DNA of 64,000 bases from Chiloscyllium plagiosum (lineage: Eukaryota), in NCBI RefSeq assembly GCF_004010195.1, contig NC_057730.1, forward strand, positions 41,327,034-41,391,033. The letters are read 5' to 3'. Below are positions 1 to 11,545 of the stretch, piece by piece. Within the stretch, counting starts at the first letter, position 1. Each line of letters begins with the position of its first letter. The position numbers and the translations under genes were made by a program. The notes below the pieces were generated by a model. That model was not told where the DNA came from, searched no databases, and saw only the letters and a list, made by a program, of their open reading frames with translations.

Positions 1-864
1 AACACTAACATTGAGAAACTTCTGCAGAGAACTTCTGAAGCTGATACAACTGAACACTCCAACAACTACAATCTTGATATGACTCCAACCTGTGAAGACA
101 TTCTCCCCTCCACCCAATACCCATCAATTCTAGTTTTTTTGTCACGCTCCTTGATGCCCACCTCAGTCATATATACAAATATATGATGTCAAAGTTAGTT
201 ATTCTTACCTCATGTTACATAATGATACATATTTTCACAATGCTTTCAATAATATTTTATTTTTCCGAGTATAAACTCACTGCCAGTTAATAACTGAAAG
301 ACAGCCTTTATTATATTCACCATGGAGTGATATCAGTATTAAAGAACAATGATTATGGAAACAACAGAGGGCTAAAAAGGTTTCTGTTTTAAATTCCGAC
401 ATATTAGATTCCCTGTCACATTAAAAGTACCATACTTAGAGGGAAAGTTGAGAGACATGATCAGTTTATATTTCTCCATTGGTGGTTTTGCTGCACAAAC
501 AGTGTTGCCATGATCAGGATAAATGTGCCATTCTAAATGCCTCTACAGTTGCCTCAGCAGCTAATCCATACTAGAAAACAATAGAGTTTTCACATTTGCT
601 GTCTTTGTGTCAATACCCATGCACCAGGTGCTACAGAACAAATGACAATCAGGGTTATGAAATGTACTTTTCCAAAAACTCCAGAGGTCTGCCACAGGAC
701 GTGTTGATTAATTTGCAGTTTGTAAGCATGACAATTATAGATGAAGAGAATGTCACGGCAAAAAACAAGGGTGTTCACTGTATCAAAGCTGTCCATTGTG
801 TTTTCCTATAAATGTCATCTAGTCTTCTGTCAAGCTTCTGCTGCCCTGTGCCTTTTACTATTCG

Positions 865-2935
865 AATCGTAGAGATGTACAGCACGAAATAGACCCTTCA
901 GTCCAACTCGCCCATGCTGACCAGATTATCCTAACCTAATCTTGTCCCATTTGCCAGCACTTGGCCCATATCCCTCTAAACACTTCCTATTCATATGCCC
1001 ATCCAGATGTCTTTTAAATATTGCAATTGTACCAGTCTCCACCACTTCCTCTGGCAGCTCATTCCATACATGCACCACCCTCTGTGTGAAAAACTTGCTC
1101 CTTAGAATCCTTTTAAATTTTTCCCCTCTCATGCTAAGCCTACGTCCTCTAGTTCTGGACTCCCCCATTCCAGGGAAAAGGCCTTGTCTATCTACCTTAT
1201 CCATGCACCTTATGATTTTATGAACCTTTATAAGGTCTACCTCTCAGCCTACAATAATCCAGGGAAAACAGCCCCAGCCTCTCCCTTTAGCTCAAAATCT
1301 CCAATGCTGGCAACACTCTTGGAAATCTTTTCTGAACCCTTTCAAGTTTCACAACATCATTCCAATAGAAGGGAGACCAGAACTGCACACAATATTCTAA
1401 AAGTGTCCTAAGCAATATCCTGTACAGCTGCAATATGACCTCCCAACTCCTATATTCAATGCTCTGACCAATAAAAGAAAGCAAACCAAATGCCTTGTTC
1501 ATTATCCTATCTACCTGTAACTCCACTTTTAAGGGACTATGAACCTGCACTCCAAGGTTTCTTTGTTCAGCAATACACAGCAAGACCTTACCATTAAGTG
1601 TATAAGTCCTGCTCTGATTTGCTTTTCCAAAATGCAGCACCTCCCATTTATCTAAATTAAACTCCATCAGCCTTCTCAGCCCATTGACCCATCTGATCAA
1701 GATCCCATTGTACTGAGGTAACCTTCTTCGCTGTCCACTACACCTCCAGTTTTGGTGTCATCTGCAAACTTACGAACTGTACTTCCAATGTTCACATCCA
1801 AATCATTTATATAAATGACAAAATGCAGTGGACCCAGCACCAATTCTTGTGGCACGTCAGTGGCCACAGACCTCCAGTCTGAAAGGGAGCCCTGCACCAC
1901 CATCTTCTATTTTCAACCTTTGAGGGAGTTCGGTATCCAAATGGCTAGTTCTCCCTGTATTCCATGAGATCTAACCTTACTAACCAGTATCCCATGAGGA
2001 ACCTTGTCGAAGCCTTACTGAAGTTCATACAGATCACATCTACCACTCTGCCCTTATCAATCCTCTTTGTTACTTTTTCAAAAAACTCAATCAAGTTCAT
2101 GAAACATGACTTCCGACACATAAAACCATGGTGACTCTCCAGAATCAGTCCTTGCCTTTCCAAATACACTTAAACCCTGTCCCTCAGGATTCTGTCCAAC
2201 AACTTGCCCACCACCGATGTCAAACTCACCAGTCTATAGTTCCCTGACTTGTCCTTACCACCTTTCTTAATAGTGGCACCACGTTAGCCAACCTCCAGTC
2301 ATCCGACACCACACCTGTGACTATCAATGATGCAAATATCTCAGCAAAGGGCCCAGGAATCACTTCCCTAGCTTCCCACAGACTTCTAGGATACACCTGA
2401 TCAGGTACTAGGGATTTATCCACCCTTATGCATTTAAGATATCCAGCACCACCTCCTCTGTAATCTGGGCATTTTTCAAGATATCACATTTATTTCCCCA
2501 CATTCTATATCTTATATGTCCTTCTCCACAGTAAACACTGTGCATAATACTCATTTAGTATCTCCCCCATCTCCTGAGGTTCCACACATAGGCTGCCTTG
2601 CTGATTTTGAGGTGCCCTATTCTCTCCCTAGGTACCCTTTTGTCCTTAATGCATTTGTGGAATCCCTTTGGATTCTCCTTAATTCTATTTGCCAAAGCTA
2701 ACTCATGTCCCCATTTTGCCCTCCTGATTTCCCTCTTAAATATACTCCTCCTGCCTTTATACTCTTCTAAGGATTCACTCAATCTCTGCTGTCAATATCT
2801 GACATGTGCTTCCTTCTTTTTCTTAACAAAACCTCAATTTCTCCAGTCATCCAGCATTCCCTATATCTACCAGCCTTGCTCTTCACCCTAAAAGGAACAT
2901 ATTGTGTCTGGACTCTTGTTACCTCATTTTTGAAT
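865..2935 (-). mobile_element. CR1/HER1-like LINE, 5'-truncated and degraded (RT domain plus 3' tail)
   Basis: Minus-strand ORF fragments with CR1 RT motifs (VPQELVLGP, KFADDTK, LEYCVQFWSP, FFTQRVVHVWNELP, FKRHLD); many frameshifts. Confidence 0.92.
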
Positions 2936-3199
2936 CTTCCTTGAAAATCACTTTCTAAAGGACAACCAGGATGGGCAGTAAAATATTGGTCTTACTAGCA
3001 AAACATACATCCCATAAACACATTAAATAAATAAAGTACCGAATTTGAGAGACTTTTGTAGGAAAAATGCAGGAATTCTTTCTTAAAAGCTGAAGTTTTA
3101 CTTTCAAAAATGTGTTCATAGGTACATGTGTTGTTGGAAAAGCCAACATTTCTTTCCATCTAGGACTGCCCTTAAAATGTTGATGCCGCGACACCTTAA

Positions 3200-3520
3200 C
3201 AACTCAGTGGCTTCTTAGGCCATTTCAGAGGGCAGTTAAGAGCTAATCTCATTACTACAGTGCTCAAGTTGCACAGAGATCAGGATAAGGACAGAAGATT
3301 TGCTTCATGGAAAGAATGTTGGGTAACCAGATGTGTTTTACAACAATTTGGTGGTTTCATGACCATCATGGTATGGTTTGGTGCTGGCTTTTTATTCTGA
3401 ATGTTTAGTTAATTATCTTAAAGTAACATCTCTAGCTTCCATGGTGTGATGTGAATTCAGATCTTCAGATCATTAGTCAGCATTATTAACTCAACGATAC
3501 AAACATGGCCTACTATTCCC
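3200..3520 (-). mobile_element. Old shark SINE-like interspersed repeat; related copy at ~61440-61720
   Basis: Shared sequence (ggccatttcagagggcagttaagag.. vs ggtcatttcacagggaattttaaagagtcaatcacattgct..) between the two loci. Confidence 0.55.
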
Positions 3521-5494
3521 AAAACCCGGTTCAGTGACTGAGACCTCCACATTTAATCACCTCCATGCAAAAATAATTAGTTCAGAGTTACAAGTTTATG
3601 GGCCATTATGACTTACCTTGAACAAACATATTATGAATGAACTGCATTCACTCGAAGTTCCTGAATCCAATAACACTTGGATCTGATTATTGTAAAAAAT
3701 ATGACAGACTGGAGAGCCTTTTGTCTTTACTTAACCAAATCTAAGCATTTTCTCTTGATGTATGAGATGTTAGCTAGACTAAAACTGGAAAATTCAGACC
3801 AATTTCTATTAACTTCTGTCACTTAAGAGTGGATATGTGCTTTTGTAAAGCAAATCAACAACCTAATCGAAGAGTGTTACATGTTAAATTCCAACAAATG
3901 TCCTCCCCTAGGAAAAAGATTTGGAAGGTCCAAAGGATTTTCAAACTGTAACTCAACTACTTATACATCCTTTGAGGGCAATGGTTATGTTATTTCAACA
4001 TTGCAGCTGGAAATTTCTGGCATGTGAAATTGAATTATAGAGTCATGTCAGTGCATAAATGGAATCATTATCATCACATTGGGCTAATTTATTTCAAGTG
4101 TTGATGTTACAATTTAAGCACTTTCCTTGGAAGCTCAATGATTAAAACCTCATTTCCACACTTGGTGAGAATAGGTGGCCAAAGGGACACCAAAATCAAG
4201 AACAGACTCTTTGATTTGCAGCGTTGAATTCACTTAAACAGCTAAAAAGATATGTACGGCAGCCCGAAAGCTTTCAGATCACTTGGAAGCCATTGCTAAA
4301 AGTCACTGCAGTCGGAATTGGAGACTATGGCACAATAAGGTTGTAAGTGTAATTAAGTCCTTATATTAGTTCTTGGAAACCATAGGATTTCCTGTGAAAG
4401 TTGTCCATTACTTGAAACTTGACTAACATTTTATTAAAGTTTTACAACTTTGTTGATTGCATTGTTATTTTCATTGCTGGCCCAAATTTCTCACTGATTG
4501 ACTTAGGAATTAAACCCTGAGCTACTCCAACATGTGAACCTATCACATGGATCTGACAATACCTGAAGGCATATCCCAACTGTGGAGCGATACATGACTT
4601 ACCAACAACATAACATCAAACTTCTAAATTATAGGAAGCAAAAGCTTGGTAGAGGCTGAATTTTTCAATGAGCATGCATAAGAGTGACATCAACAGAAAC
4701 ACAACATATATTTAGTTTTTCCATCAACCAGGTGGCCAACCTGAATATAAACCTAATTTGATAATAAAATCTATCTGGACCTGTCCATGAAAACTGGGAT
4801 TCCATTTGGCCACTATGAAGTGTGTAATTTATCATAAATGAGGATAGCCTATTTATTTACACAAGCAAAGAAAACAAGTTGTCAAAAGTTGGGTATCGAT
4901 GTCCTTCCTAAGGATTGGGGTTACTGATGGAATTTAATACACTATACCAGGTAATTTACCAGTTTTGAGTGTTCTGGTAAGTGTCCTGGTAAGTGTCCTC
5001 TGCTTACACAAGAATCATCCAACCCATTAAATTCTTATTTAGTGGCAATGACCTAATCTAAATAGTGCTTCTCTAAATATCAGCAACGGTGGTCAATCAT
5101 GACCAACTGTCTGGAGTATGACGCACTTGCCTGGTTTATGCATTGGATTACTCAACCTACCACACAGCAAAGTGATTTTAAAAATATTCCATTTCACTAA
5201 AGATTCACACCACTGTAAAATCAAGCCTTACTCCTGGGCTTAAGCACATAACTTAGATGGGTAATTCAGTGAGGGAGACCTGTCTCATCAGAAATGTCTT
5301 TTAGCTGATATACCAAAACAATCTGTTCCAGTAATGCCGCCAAAACAAAATGGCACTATCCAAACTAAGTGGACAGTGGGAACACATGTATGTTGTCACT
5401 ATACTTCCCATAAATATTGTTACTGCATTTCACACTCGTGAATTACATATTCCACAAGCTCAAAGTACAAGTACCTTTTACAGAAAAACTTTAC

Positions 5495-5670
5495 CTTCTA
5501 TGGATCAAATTTGATCTTATCCACAAAACGGACTTGGACAAAGTGCCATCAGATGAATGATGAATCTCTTCTCTTTTGAGAAAGGCACTAGAAACAATGC
5601 ACAGTGAATCAAGTGCTTCTAGACTCTGAACAGGTTGGAAACATTCTGCCAACAAGCTAAAGAGTGCAGG
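5495..5670 (-). CDS. Candidate coding exon 2 of the unidentified minus-strand gene (PALFSLLAECFQPVQSLEALDSLCIVSSAFLKREEIHHSSDGTLSKSVLWIRSNLIHR)
   Basis: Acceptor catactttttag, donor AG|gtaaag; 176 nt, open only in the frame that continues the phase-0 exon at 6597-6713. No homology recognised. Confidence 0.4.
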
Positions 5671-6509
5671 CTAAAAAGTATGAATCAAATTTATTAAAGA
5701 ATAAAGTTATTTAAGATCTGCAGAATTGGGGGCAAACCAAATTGTAACATATCACAACTTACACCACCTGCTATAAAATAACTCAGTATTTTTCAGTGAC
5801 AATGGTCAAGTAAAGGACAGATTTAAAAGTCACTTAATGGATCATATGCTCCCTCCAAAAGGCAGGGAATGGAATTTCGCTACAAACTGATATAAGTACA
5901 GTATGCAATAGTGACCATTATATAAAATTGATCCTGGCAGTTCTACATTTACAGAATTGTGGTTTGACTTCAGCATTCTTTTCACTCTTCAAGCCAGGAA
6001 AAGGCATTCAGAAAGTTTGTGGCTCATCTAGATCATGGAGAAATTAGCCTCAGAGAAAATCAGGCAGTAATCTTAATATGGTCACCGTTGTGAGAATAAA
6101 AAATGTTACTGTTACTGTTATTTGTATCAAGGTATAGTGAAAAGTGTTGTCTTAAGTCCTTTAAGGTAGGTTGTACTATACAAGTAGATCAGGGTAACAG
6201 AGCAGCGTGCAGGATACGATGTTACAGCTGCCAAGAAGGTGCAGAGCAATCATCATCAACATTAAAGAGGACAAATCAAAGGTCTGGTAACAGCGGGGAA
6301 AAAAGCTGTTGTCGAATCTGTTCGAATGTGCATACAAACTTTTATATCTTCTGCTGGACGGAATAAAGTGGGAGTATAAACTGAAGTATGCACGAAATAG
6401 AGGGTGGAAATACAGCAAAAATATAAAATCCTTCTGATGCGTGACATCTCCCCACCCTCAAAGGCCAACATAAAGATACCAAAAATAATGACCCTGCTAC
6501 TGAGCAGCA

Positions 6510-7030
6510 GGGCTTTCACTGACAGAAGGACCCGCGTTCATGGGGACCCCAGAGGCTCGAGGCCGCCTCGGCTTGGGCTGGCCTTCTACCACTCACCTGG
6601 TCTCTGCTCCTTTTCTTTCTTTTCGCCTTGGCTGCATCCGGCTGCATCTCAGAAGTTGGCTCCTCTCCTTGTGAGTCCTGGGTGTCCGACCTACTTCTCT
6701 TCCCTTTAGCCATGGCACGGAATGGGTGTTGGTGTTTCTTTTCTCCACTGCCGTCCCCCTCTCACACGGAGATGCACGCGGTTGAGCGTTTGAACCCAAC
6801 TGAAATTCTGCAGCTGACAGCTCCGGCACGAACACACGTGGGCTCTCAGATCAACCGAACGCGACTGCCGCGGCTCGCCCACCTCCTGCGCGACAGCATT
6901 GGCCCAATCTCTTCATCTCGCCTCTCTACTGGCTCTGGGTGCCGTCCGTCAAATGGCCGCCCCAGCAGCAACAGCACGTTTGGTTGACGTTCCAAGCACC
7001 TGCGCATGCGCTTCCCCGATGCTCTGGCTG
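6510..7030. promoter_or_regulatory. CpG island / housekeeping-type promoter
   Basis: GC/CpG-rich against an AT-rich background; ATTGG 6898-6902 and CCAAT 6904-6908; YY1-like AAATGGCCGC 6951-6960; NRF1-like TGCGCATGCGC 7001-7011. Confidence 0.8.
6597..6713 (-). CDS. First coding exon of an unidentified gene (MAKGKRSRSDTQDSQGEEPTSEMQPDAAKAKRKKRSRDQ), basic and NLS-like
   Basis: Strong Kozak (gccATGG), consensus donor CAG|gtgagt after exactly 39 codons, inside a CpG island with promoter motifs upstream. Confidence 0.7.
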
Positions 7031-7201
7031 GAAATCTCAGTGCATATAAATCTCTGTGCTCAGGGTGAATTAAAGTTGCTTTAAATGTTCCTCTCCCCCA
7101 GCCCAAGATCCAGGATATCTGAAAGATGGCTAGAGTGGCTACGTTTTCTGAACCGAATCTAAGGGCAGGTGGAAGCAGAAGTGGCTACTCAGAAAATACA
7201 G

Positions 7202-7345
7202 GGAGAAAGTGAGGACTGCAGATGCTGGAGATCAGAGCTGAAAATGTGTTGCTGGAAAAGCGCAGCAGGTCAGGCAGCATCCAAGGAACAGGAGAATCGA
7301 CGTTTCGGGCAAGGGCTTATGTGCTTTTCCAGCAACACATTTTCA
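7202..7345. mobile_element. Short palindromic Penelope-derived element (family A), internally deleted
   Basis: Same sequence as 42829-43025; flanked by actcag/aaaaatacag duplication (7187-7201, 7346-7359); partial hammerhead (cccgaaacgtcga on minus). Confidence 0.75.
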
Positions 7346-7541
7346 ACTCAAAAATACAGCAGAGTATGCTTTAACATAAAGTCACGAAGATGTATAGCAC
7401 GGAAATAGACCCTTCGGTCCAACTCATCCATTCCGAACAGATATCCAAAATCAATCTACTGTAATTCCATTTGCCAGCACTTAGTCCATGTCCCTGTAAA
7501 CCCCTCCTATTCATATAACCATCCAGATGCCTTTTAAATGT

Positions 7542-7654
7542 TGAGTGTGTGGTGCTGGAAAAGCACAGCAGATCATGAGACAAAACGTTGAGTGTGGTGT
7601 TTTTCCAGCACCAAACTCTCCACTCTAATTTCCAGCATCTGCAGTCCTCACTTT
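7542..7654. mobile_element. Family A mini-element nested in CR1
   Basis: Perfect 14-bp TSD tgccttttaaatgt (7528-7541, 7655-7668); inverted arms gtgctggaaaagcac / gtgtttttccagcac. Confidence 0.75.
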
Positions 7655-8018
7655 TGCCTTTTAAATGTCATTGTACCAGTCTCCTCCACTTCTTCTGGCA
7701 GCTCATTCCATACATGCACCACCTCTGTGTGAAGAAGTCTCCCCTTAGGTTCCTTTACATCTTTCCTTTCTCACCTTAAACCTATGCCCTCAGGTTCTGG
7801 ACTCCCCCACCCCAGGGAAAAGTCCTTGTCTATTTACTCTATCCATGTCCCTTATGATTTTATAAACCTTTGTAAGGTCACTCCTCAGCCCCCAATGCTC
7901 CAGGGAAAACAGCCCCACCCTATTTAGCCTCTCAATATAGCTCAAAACTTCCAACTCTGGCAACATTCTTGTAAATCTTTTCTGGACCCTTTCAAGTTTC
8001 AGAACATCTTTTTGATAC

Positions 8019-8410
8019 GAGTTAAAAATCACACTACACTAGGTTATAGTCCAACAGGTTTATTTGCAAGTACAAGCTTTCGGAGCATTGCTCCCTCATC
8101 AGGCAGCTCGTGGAGTAGGATGATAGAACACAGATTTATAGCAAAAGATAATGGTGTCATACACTGATGCGATATATTGAATAAACCTAGATTGTTGTTA
8201 AGTCTTCGAAAAGATGAAAGACTTAACAGCAATCTAGGTTTGTTCAATATATTGAATCAGTGAATGAAACCATTATGATCTTCTGCTGTGTCCTATGAAC
8301 CTACTCCATTAGCTACTTGACGAAAGAGCAGCACTCCAAAAGCTTGTACTTCCAAATAAACCTGTTGGAGTATAACCTGGTGTTGGGTGATTTTTAAATT
8401 TGTCCACATC
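8019..8410. mobile_element. Palindromic Penelope-derived element (family B), ~190-bp arms
   Basis: Inverted arms centred near 8212 (ttaagtctt..aagacttaa); hammerhead-like core in each arm. Confidence 0.78.
8071..8105 (-). ncRNA. Minimal hammerhead ribozyme motif (family B)
   Basis: Minus strand ugc-CUGAUGA-G-GGAGC-AAU-GCUCC-GAAA-G-CUU-gua; palindromic AGCU at helix III. Confidence 0.6.
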
Positions 8411-8934
8411 ATGGTTTCCGATAGGAGGGAGACCAGAATTGCACACAATTTTCCAAAAGTGACCTAATCAATGTCCTTTTGGAACATAACCTTCCAACTC
8501 CTATACTCAATGCTCTGACCAATAAAGGAAAGCATACATATTCTACAAACTGCTAATATTGCCAGGAATATTTAATTTCAGAGATGGGCAACTTTCCCAG
8601 CCTGTAAATCTGTATTTAATTTTAAACATTTTTCCTTCCTCACCAGGAATTTTAATCTGTACTCACAGATCCTGCGTGAACCCTGATTTGGGACCACTCT
8701 TGCAGATCATCACGATGTAATGCAATTGTTAACTGTCTTGGAATGACTCACACCAAAGAAGCTCATGAGGTGGAACAGGCTACAATAGAAGAAAAGCCGA
8801 ATTAAGATATTCCTAAAGGAAATAGGTAATACAAGAAGATATTTACATCTATGTGCATTTCACTAATTTTAAGCTTAATAGTGTCACAACATGATCAATG
8901 TGTGTGATGGATGAAAAAACCCTGTTAACAACTG

Positions 8935-9456
8935 TATAAAAGAGGCTTTCAACCTATTAAGTTGGTACTGCCAAAAATATACGACAATCTACTCTAGTCC
9001 CATTTTCCCGTACTGGCCCTTGAATCTTTTGACACTTCAAGTACTTATCCAAGTTCTTTTGATATGTTGTGAGGTTTCTTGCCTCAATTACCCTCCCAGA
9101 CAACCCATTCCAGATTCCTATACCTTCTGGATGAAAACATTTTTCCTCATGTCCCCTCTAAACCTCCTGCCTTCTACTTCAAAATTATGCCGCTTGTATT
9201 GACCCCTCAACTAAGGGCAACAGCTATTTTCTATTAATTAAGTTCACATCCCTTCACCTTATACAGTACTATCAGGGCAGCTGCTCCAAACAAAACAACC
9301 CAGGCTTGTTTAGCCTAAAATGTTCCATCCCAGGCAACATCCCCGTGAATTTCCATTGCACACCCTCCAGTACAATCACTTCCTTCTTATAGTGTGGTGA
9401 CTAGAACTGCACACAGTACTCCAGTTGTAGCCTAACCAAAGTTCTGTACAACTCCA
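8935..9456 (-). mobile_element. Older CR1 3' fragment
   Basis: Degenerate CR1 3' end (agaactgcacacagtactcc, caggcaacatcc). Confidence 0.75.
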
Positions 9457-9884
9457 GGTTCAACACTTAAGATAAAAGGTGTGCTACAAGCAAGTCTTCA
9501 ACACAAGTGATGTCAGATGGCAAGAACCCAAATGTACTTCACAGCCAAGAATTGTTATTCTTAAGTATGAATGCGTGTCATCACCTGAATCTTCTTCAAA
9601 TGGTGGAAGGAGTCAAGTTAGTTAAACTCAAGGAACATCTGGTTCAGGAACAGCCAGGCATGGAACAACTGATAGAAGATTTCATAGTTCTCCTAGACTC
9701 AAGGTGGAACCCAAGTAGAAGAGAGGATCCATTGAGATTAGTTATGTTGCATAAGAAATTTGTGCTATATTGTCAGCAAGATGGAAATCTGTAATTATAC
9801 TGGATTGGCAGAAATGTTTTACGCGAAAATAAGACTGAAAGAATCAGCAAAATTTATGAAAAAAGCACAAACAATCAATGATGT

Positions 9885-10198
9885 GGGTAGCACAGTGGCA
9901 CAGTGGTTAGCACTGCTGCCTCACAGTGCCAGAGACCCGGGTTCAATTCCCGCCTCAGGCAACTGACTGTGTGGAATTTGCACACTCTCCCTGTGTGTGT
10001 GTGGGTTTCCTCTGGGTGCTCCGGTTTCCTCCCACAGTCCAAAAATGTGCAGGTTAGGCAAATTGGCCATGCTAAATCACCCATAGTGTTAGGTGAAGGG
10101 ATAAATGTAGGGGAATGGTTCTGGGTGGATTGCGCTTCAGCGGATCGGTGTGGAGCTGAAGGGCCTGTTTCCACACTGTAAGTAATCTAATCTAAAAA
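9885..10198 (+). mobile_element. HE1-like tRNA-derived V-SINE, near full length
   Basis: A box (gtggcacagtggttagc), B box (gggttcaattccc), V-domain (gtttcctc..gtgctccggtttcctcccacagtcc), CR1-like tail ending in (tctaa)n. Confidence 0.9.
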
Positions 10199-10583
10199 AA
10201 GATACAGTAAGCCATATTCTTTTATTTGAGCTACATCTATTTTCAGATGTTGAGTGATTCAGAAGATGCAAGTTCCTAGGAAGAATCCTCAGTATTAATG
10301 AAAGAGATCATGCCAAGCAATAAGTAATTTTCAATTACGCTAGTATGAATAAAGAAGTGAGTATTATTTGTCTCTTCAAACTACATTTGCCAACGGTGAA
10401 TGAAAGCAACAAGCCGAAGAAAACTTCAACACAGGTTTACCAGTACTCTGAAAATTAAAATATCTATTCACACAGATTGAAGACATGGTGCCTACAACTC
10501 AATGGAAGCCATTACTGAGAAGGGATGATCAACATCTAAAGACTCAGAATATAGTCAAGAAGTAATTGCCTGGTTCAGAAATA

Positions 10584-10671
10584 TCACCTGATGAAGGAGC
10601 GTCACTCCAAAAGCTGGTGTGCTTCCAATTAAACCTGTTGGACTATAACCTAGTGTTGTGTGATTTTTAAC
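10584..10671 (+). mobile_element. Family B Penelope-derived terminal fragment with decayed hammerhead
   Basis: cCTGATGAaggagcgtcactccAAAAgctgg..aaacctgttggactataacctagtgttgtgtgatttttaac. Confidence 0.72.
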
Positions 10672-11010
10672 CATGTCTGCATGGTTTTAGGCCGAATGCT
10701 TCAGTTTCCTCCCACAGGCCAAAGTTGTGCAAGTTAGGTGGATTGGCCATGCTAAATAGTCTGTTGTGTCTGGGGATGTACAGACCATGTGGATTAGCCT
10801 TGATAATCTTCTGGTGCGGTGATGTTGTCTCTACTCCTGGACTGAAAGGCCCAGGTTCACATCCCACCTGCCTCTGACATCTCTGAACAGATTGATTCGA
10901 AATACAAGATAAATTAAAAATGGGTTTACGGGGAAAAAAAAAGAGTAGGAGTTGGGATGGAATGTCCTTCGGAGGGTCAGTGCGAACCCGATAAACCGAA
11001 TGGTCTTTCC
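10672..11010 (+). mobile_element. Degraded V-SINE fragment(s)
   Basis: gtttcctcccacag..gtgcaagttaggtggattggccatgctaaat; tail remnant cttcggagggtcagtgcg. Confidence 0.6.
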
Positions 11011-11219
11011 GCAATTTGATCAGGACAACTATTCGGTACTTCCTGGAAATTTTATTCAACATTCCAGAGATGTGTGGATCGCGTTTAATTTTGCGATTAC
11101 CTAATAGGAAAAAAAATACGTTTACATTCTAAACTTTATTGCATTTGACAGAAGAACGGATACTACACAAGGCACAGAAATGCCTGACTTAGCGCAATTG
11201 GAATTGCAAGCAGCAGAGC

Positions 11220-11545
11220 AAGATACATGCGCACGCTCTGTGAGGAAAGGGAATTCTATTGGTCACATTTGGGACCTGGTGCATTCTGGGTGTTGTAGTT
11301 TCAGTTTCCGTTGACACCAGATTAAATATCAATTGGAGAACTACGACCCCCAGAGTGCAATAAAACAAATCTTTTTAAAAATTAAACGTGAACGTTAATG
11401 CCGTCTACATCGTTTGATTGATACAATTTTAAACTGCTCAAACAAAAGAGATATTGGTTTATAGAAAAGAGTTGTTTGTTGAAAAGAATGTATGACGCTT
11501 GCTTCCGGTGAGGTGCTGCAGGTCAGATGGAAACAAAATGGTGGT
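11220..11545 (+). promoter_or_regulatory. SMCR8 promoter
   Basis: NRF1-like TGCGCACGC 11228-11236; ATTGG 11258 and 11332; two ZNF143/SBS motifs (11280-11300 minus, 11339-11359 plus); ETS CTTCCGG 11502-11508; YY1-like CAAAATGGTGG ~11534. Confidence 0.75.

Larger units (their letters stand above)
7378..8540 (-). mobile_element. CR1 LINE 3' fragment with two nested insertions (7542-7654 and ~8019-8410)
   Basis: LERVQKRFTRMLP and FKRHLDGYM motifs on minus; CR1 sequence resumes after each insertion. Confidence 0.88.

Noticed and set aside
590-811. Overlapping 68- and 71-aa ORFs as exons of the unknown gene
   Set aside because: No recognisable homology and weak splice signals.
4975-4999. Short tandem ctggtaagtgtc x2 with donor-like gtaagt
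   Set aside because: Small slippage duplication; no plus-strand exon context.
6953-7084. Plus-strand MAAPAATAR.. ORF as a divergent gene
   Set aside because: Overlaps YY1 and NRF1 motifs; no convincing donor or homology.
9885-9960. tRNA gene
   Set aside because: The A/B boxes belong to a SINE head that continues into the V-domain and LINE-derived tail; same for the other HE1-like copies.
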